Source: the human T2T-CHM13v2.0 reference genome, Homo sapiens. Taken from it: 64,000 bases of DNA. The position numbers and the translations under genes were made by a program. The stretch lies in the NCBI RefSeq assembly GCF_009914755.1, contig NC_060942.1. One strand, given 5' to 3'. Each line of letters starts with the position of its first letter. The first letter of the stretch is position 1. Below the pieces are notes generated by a model, which worked only from the letters and a program-made list of their open reading frames with translations, made no database searches and was not told the DNA's origin. This document shows positions 59,787 to 64,000 of this stretch, one piece after another.

Positions 59787-60184
59787 TTATGTGAACATGG
59801 TGCATAAAACTCAATATCCAAGTGATGCATTCTCAGGCTGTTTCTAGGCCTGAAAGCTGAAGACAAGATAATAGGATATGGGCATCTAAAGGAGGTGACA
59901 CCTTTGAGAAGCCCTCTCTCAAGGTACAGGAAGTCAGCTTCCTCTAGACACCACCTCTACAATTATTACGTAGGCTGCAGGATATATTCTAGAATTCTAA
60001 AATATTAATATAAGTTTCATGTATACTTGAAATATTTATGTGTTAAAATACTTCATGCAGTACTTTATTTCTATAAGCAAATTTCACACTAGTAAGTAGT
60101 TTTGATATGAGTGAAAATTGATTAATGAATTCTTTTAAAGGAATTTCATATTATAAATTGTTTGCACATGGGCAGCATCAGAGG

Positions 60185-60300
60185 ACAGTAAAAGAACATA
60201 CACTTTGTGTTACAAAGAATGGGATTTGAATATCAGCCCTGCTTACTTAGAAGCTTGGGCAACTGATTTAAACTTTATGAGCCTCACTTTCCTAATTACA
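60185..60300 (+). mobile_element. MIR fragment
   Basis: gggatttgaat...cttgggcaactgatttaaactttatgagcctcactttcct. Confidence 0.65.
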
Positions 60301-63300
60301 GCGGGGTGGGGGGTAGTGATTAGGGGTAATTAGGAGTTGGAGATGAAAGGAAAAGCACATTGGGGATATGCTAGCCTCTTAAGAAGCGGTGGCAGTTTGT
60401 TGAGCCACTGTTAAGATTTGTGGAAGATGGTAAAAAGAGGGAACCAGTTAATAGTTGATGCTTTCTCCCTGCTAAGGCGCTTCCTAAATGTGTTTAGTGG
60501 AATGTCAAAAGGTGTTAAATGAAAAAGGGTTCCAGGAACAAATCCTTTTGTGGAACACTGCATGAGACAAAGTGAACCAAGTTCCCTTCTGTCAGAACAT
60601 TCCAGACCTGCTGTCATACAGCACTGCAAGGTGAGGTTCTGTGAGGGTCCGTGCAGTTCTCCCTTCCCTGGACTTGTTTGACTGCATCTCAAGGACCAGG
60701 TGCCCTTGGGTTGTATTCAGGGACCGCTGTGTTGGGCTCTTCAGTTGGCTATTTCCCATGACCTTCTGTGCCTTCTTCCAGAACGTCCATTTCTCACTTC
60801 GCTTTGGCTACAAAATACTGAGTTAATTTTCATCTTGATCAGCATCTGAACTCTGCAATTGTTGGACTAGGCAAAGTTTTCAGTCAATCTAGACACAAGT
60901 GTCCTGTGTACTTTTGATAACCATAATAGGTCTTTTGGGGCATCTCTTACTTTCACAGTTTTTTCCTCTAGCTTTAATATTGACATTGTTAGACATTTAT
61001 AGAATTTTGAAAAGTTTCTTAGCAGAGTAAAGTGTTCTTGCCACAGTAGTCATTTTGTGTAGTTTTTACTATTTATGGTAGAATAGTATGCTACAGGTAC
61101 ACATCACAATGGTAACCTGCATGGAATACAGCTAATCGCAGGTTAATTACTGTTCCTTAAAACATAAATTGCCAAGTATTTAGTGATTAACACATATTTA
61201 ATTCCTTAATTAATGTTTTTCCTAATTGCTTCTGTGTTGACCTGCCCTCCTATGGTTGGGAAGCAGTGGGGAAGGGCAGGTACCTGCCATCCTCAGGGCA
61301 CCTGCCTCCTTTGATTTAGACATTGATTTTTTGCCATTTGAAGAATAATATTTTCCTCATGTACTCGCCCTTTTGCTTTATTGTGCTGATAAAAAAAAAG
61401 AACTCTGCTTTGATTCTGCACCCCCGCCTCCTGTTTCCCACCCCTACACCCTGAGGCAAAGGAGCTAGCCACAGATTTCGTCATATTCTAATCATGCATG
61501 CACCCCAGAAGCCTCAGCTCCTACCCAGAATTTCAGCCTTCCTCTCTGCTTTCAGAAGACAGTGATTTTGAGCCCAGTCAGAGGCCAGGGAGGCAGTGAT
61601 CTTTGATATAAATGGTTGCTTTAAAAAGAGAAACAATGCATAGGTAGCTGAAAATCTCCTTCCCCCATGGGTCTCCATAAAGAAGTGGGGCTGGGGAGGG
61701 TGGGCATGGACTATAGGGAATGGGAGGATAAAGTTATCAAATATGAGAGCCTTGTGGGTTCACGAGAGCCTCCTTGTTAAAACAAATGCCTTAGATATAC
61801 TGAAGGGTCCTGGGAGAAGATTAGGTGTGGATTCAGCTTGCGCCCTGCTTGGAGTTCTTTGTGCAGCAAGGACTCAAAGGAACTTGTACTGGGGAGAGGG
61901 GCACTAAACCAAGATTCACCCTTATCAGTCTGACATCTTTCCTGGTAAAAGAGGAGTTGAGGGAATAGGGATGACTTGATCTTACCTATCTTTTCACATT
62001 TTGCTGCAAACTTTATTCCCCTGCACAGCTAGCTCGGTGCCTGTTTCTTTGCTGTATTTGCCTTCAGCCCACTGATTTTACTACAAAGCCATGTAAAGCC
62101 ACAGCTAAGTGACAGCAGGCCCGCATACATTTGCTGCCTAGAGACAGTGTTTTAGAGTTGAATTGGTGAGTCTTTTCTAGATTGTGTTCCACAAATCCAG
62201 GGAATGTTAGGAGGCATTAATTGACCAAATGGAAAGAAGCACTGGGTTAAACAAAGTAGAACTGCTTCGTTCTGCAGGCCATTTCGGAGGCTAGGAGTGT
62301 TTTTGAATCTCCGGGAAGGACACATGGTGAGTGTGGGTGCCCAGCTGGAGCCAGAATTTGGGCTTTGCTGAGTATTTCTTGAGTCTAGTGTTCCCTGAAG
62401 TACACTTGGGAATACTGATATGTGCCAGTTGAAAAATAGAACATACTTTGACTCCATAAATTCCTTGGCTATGGCCCTTATTCCAAGTGCAAGACAATTG
62501 AATTGCTTCATGCCTCTAGAGGATGTGGGGAATTTGCTGTGGCAGTGAAATATCACTCTCTCTCAAGCAGGAAAGCTAGTCTAGTAGGTGCCGCAATACT
62601 CTGCATTTTGTGCTTAAAAAAGACAATATGTCTCAAGAAGCCACTGGGGACACAGTAGGTTGTCAGTTTAATATTGACTTAGAACTGTATTTAGGAAGTA
62701 GAACAATTTGCGTGATTGTTTTCACCCTCAAAGATCTTATTTTTGATTATTTTTTAAAACTTGCCACATCTCTAAATTTCATTCTTAACTTGTACTTCTT
62801 ATGTGATGATAAAGGATAAGTACTTCTATTGTTTACCATCTTAATCTCTGCATGGTCTGCCGCTATATGCATATCAACCCTGTTCTTTATGACTTCTAAG
62901 CCATGTTTTTGTCCTCTACCTTAATTTCTGTGCACGGCCTCTTGAATGAGTATATGACCTATGATTATATCATACTTTTCTCTAAAGGGAAGGAGGAAAC
63001 AAAGAGAAAAGTGAGGAAGGTTGTGTTATTGGTAGGAAAAACAGGTGAAGACATTTAAAAATAACATTGCAAGCACTAATAATTAGCTCCATTGCAAATT
63101 TTGCTGTCTTTTGAGTGCCTTTAGCTTTCTCAAAGTAGATTTTTATTTTATTTTCTGATAACATGTCAATACAAACACAAATGCTTGAATATTTTGCTCC
63201 TGATTCTTAATGTGACATGTTTTGTGGTTTTGCCTGGACTCTTTAATATTAAAGAAACTTTACTGTATATGTTTTATTTTTATGTAACTCATTTGACACA

Positions 63301-64000
63301 AACAAGATAAAGTTTTTGTAAATGGGTGTGACCCACCTTTGCATTTTATTTAAATCAAAACCAGAAGGATAGACTAGGTAATGTGTGGGAGAACCAACGT
63401 TTAATCCCCTTTGTTCTAGGGAACTGACTAATGACTTCCACCAGCACATTTTCCTTGGTGAGTATCTGTGTTGGTAAGCAAATCCCTTTCTTTGCTTACA
63501 CATAGCAAGGAAAAGTGGCAGCATGGAAAGCTAATTTTGCTCTTCACTGAAGCGGGGAGGATCAGGGAGGCTGTGGTGTTAAACTGCTTCTGCATTTCTC
63601 CTGTTTGGCAGACATCTGAAGGATAGCCTGATGTCAAACCTCTCAGAGGCCAGCATCCAGGATGGATTTTCATGAGCAAATGAGAGCAATAGTCAGTTTA
63701 AACAACTGGTTTAACCAGTTGTTTCCTCTCTGAAAGCAAATGGCTTTTCCCACAGTCTCCAAAGGCTATAGGGATACAACATCTTGTCTCCTGAAATGCT
63801 ATTAGTTGAGATTGAATGAATATTGATTCTCTCTATTCTACATTTTCTTACATCCCAGGGCTGCAAATATCTGGGCGTTATCAGCAAAACAGTGAAATGG
63901 AGACTCAGAGTGAACCACATCACATGAATAGAGTTGATTCTCGATTATTTGCAGCAGTTATGTTCTGTAAAATTACAGAGAACACTGAATTAGTGAATAC

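Overview
Primate (human-type) genomic DNA, not microbial. The window lies inside the receptor tyrosine phosphatase gene PTPRM (PTP-mu) on the + strand. It holds a single 272-nt coding exon (53210-53481, MAM domain; exon 3 in the human gene, from memory) and about 63.7 kb of flanking intron. The introns are dense with transposon fossils: a full-length decayed L1PA7-like LINE-1 with target-site duplication (TSD), the 5' portions of two older L1s, about 19 Alus, two THE1 solo LTRs, MLT1/MLT2/LTR16-type LTRs, Charlie4a, Tigger3a and MER3 DNA transposons, MIR/L2 relics and microsatellites. Nearly all ORFs in the supplied track are spurious or broken L1/Alu frames. I found no new coding system. The most unusual signals are small: two ~30-bp micro-inversions inside repeats, a fold-back rearranged microsatellite with a perfect 28-bp palindrome, a tight inverted Alu pair, and repeat layouts that could alter PTPRM transcripts (L1 antisense promoter, intronic polyadenylation, back-splicing). 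Repeat subfamily names and consensus comparisons are from memory and need RepeatMasker/Dfam confirmation; boundaries of old repeats are approximate.
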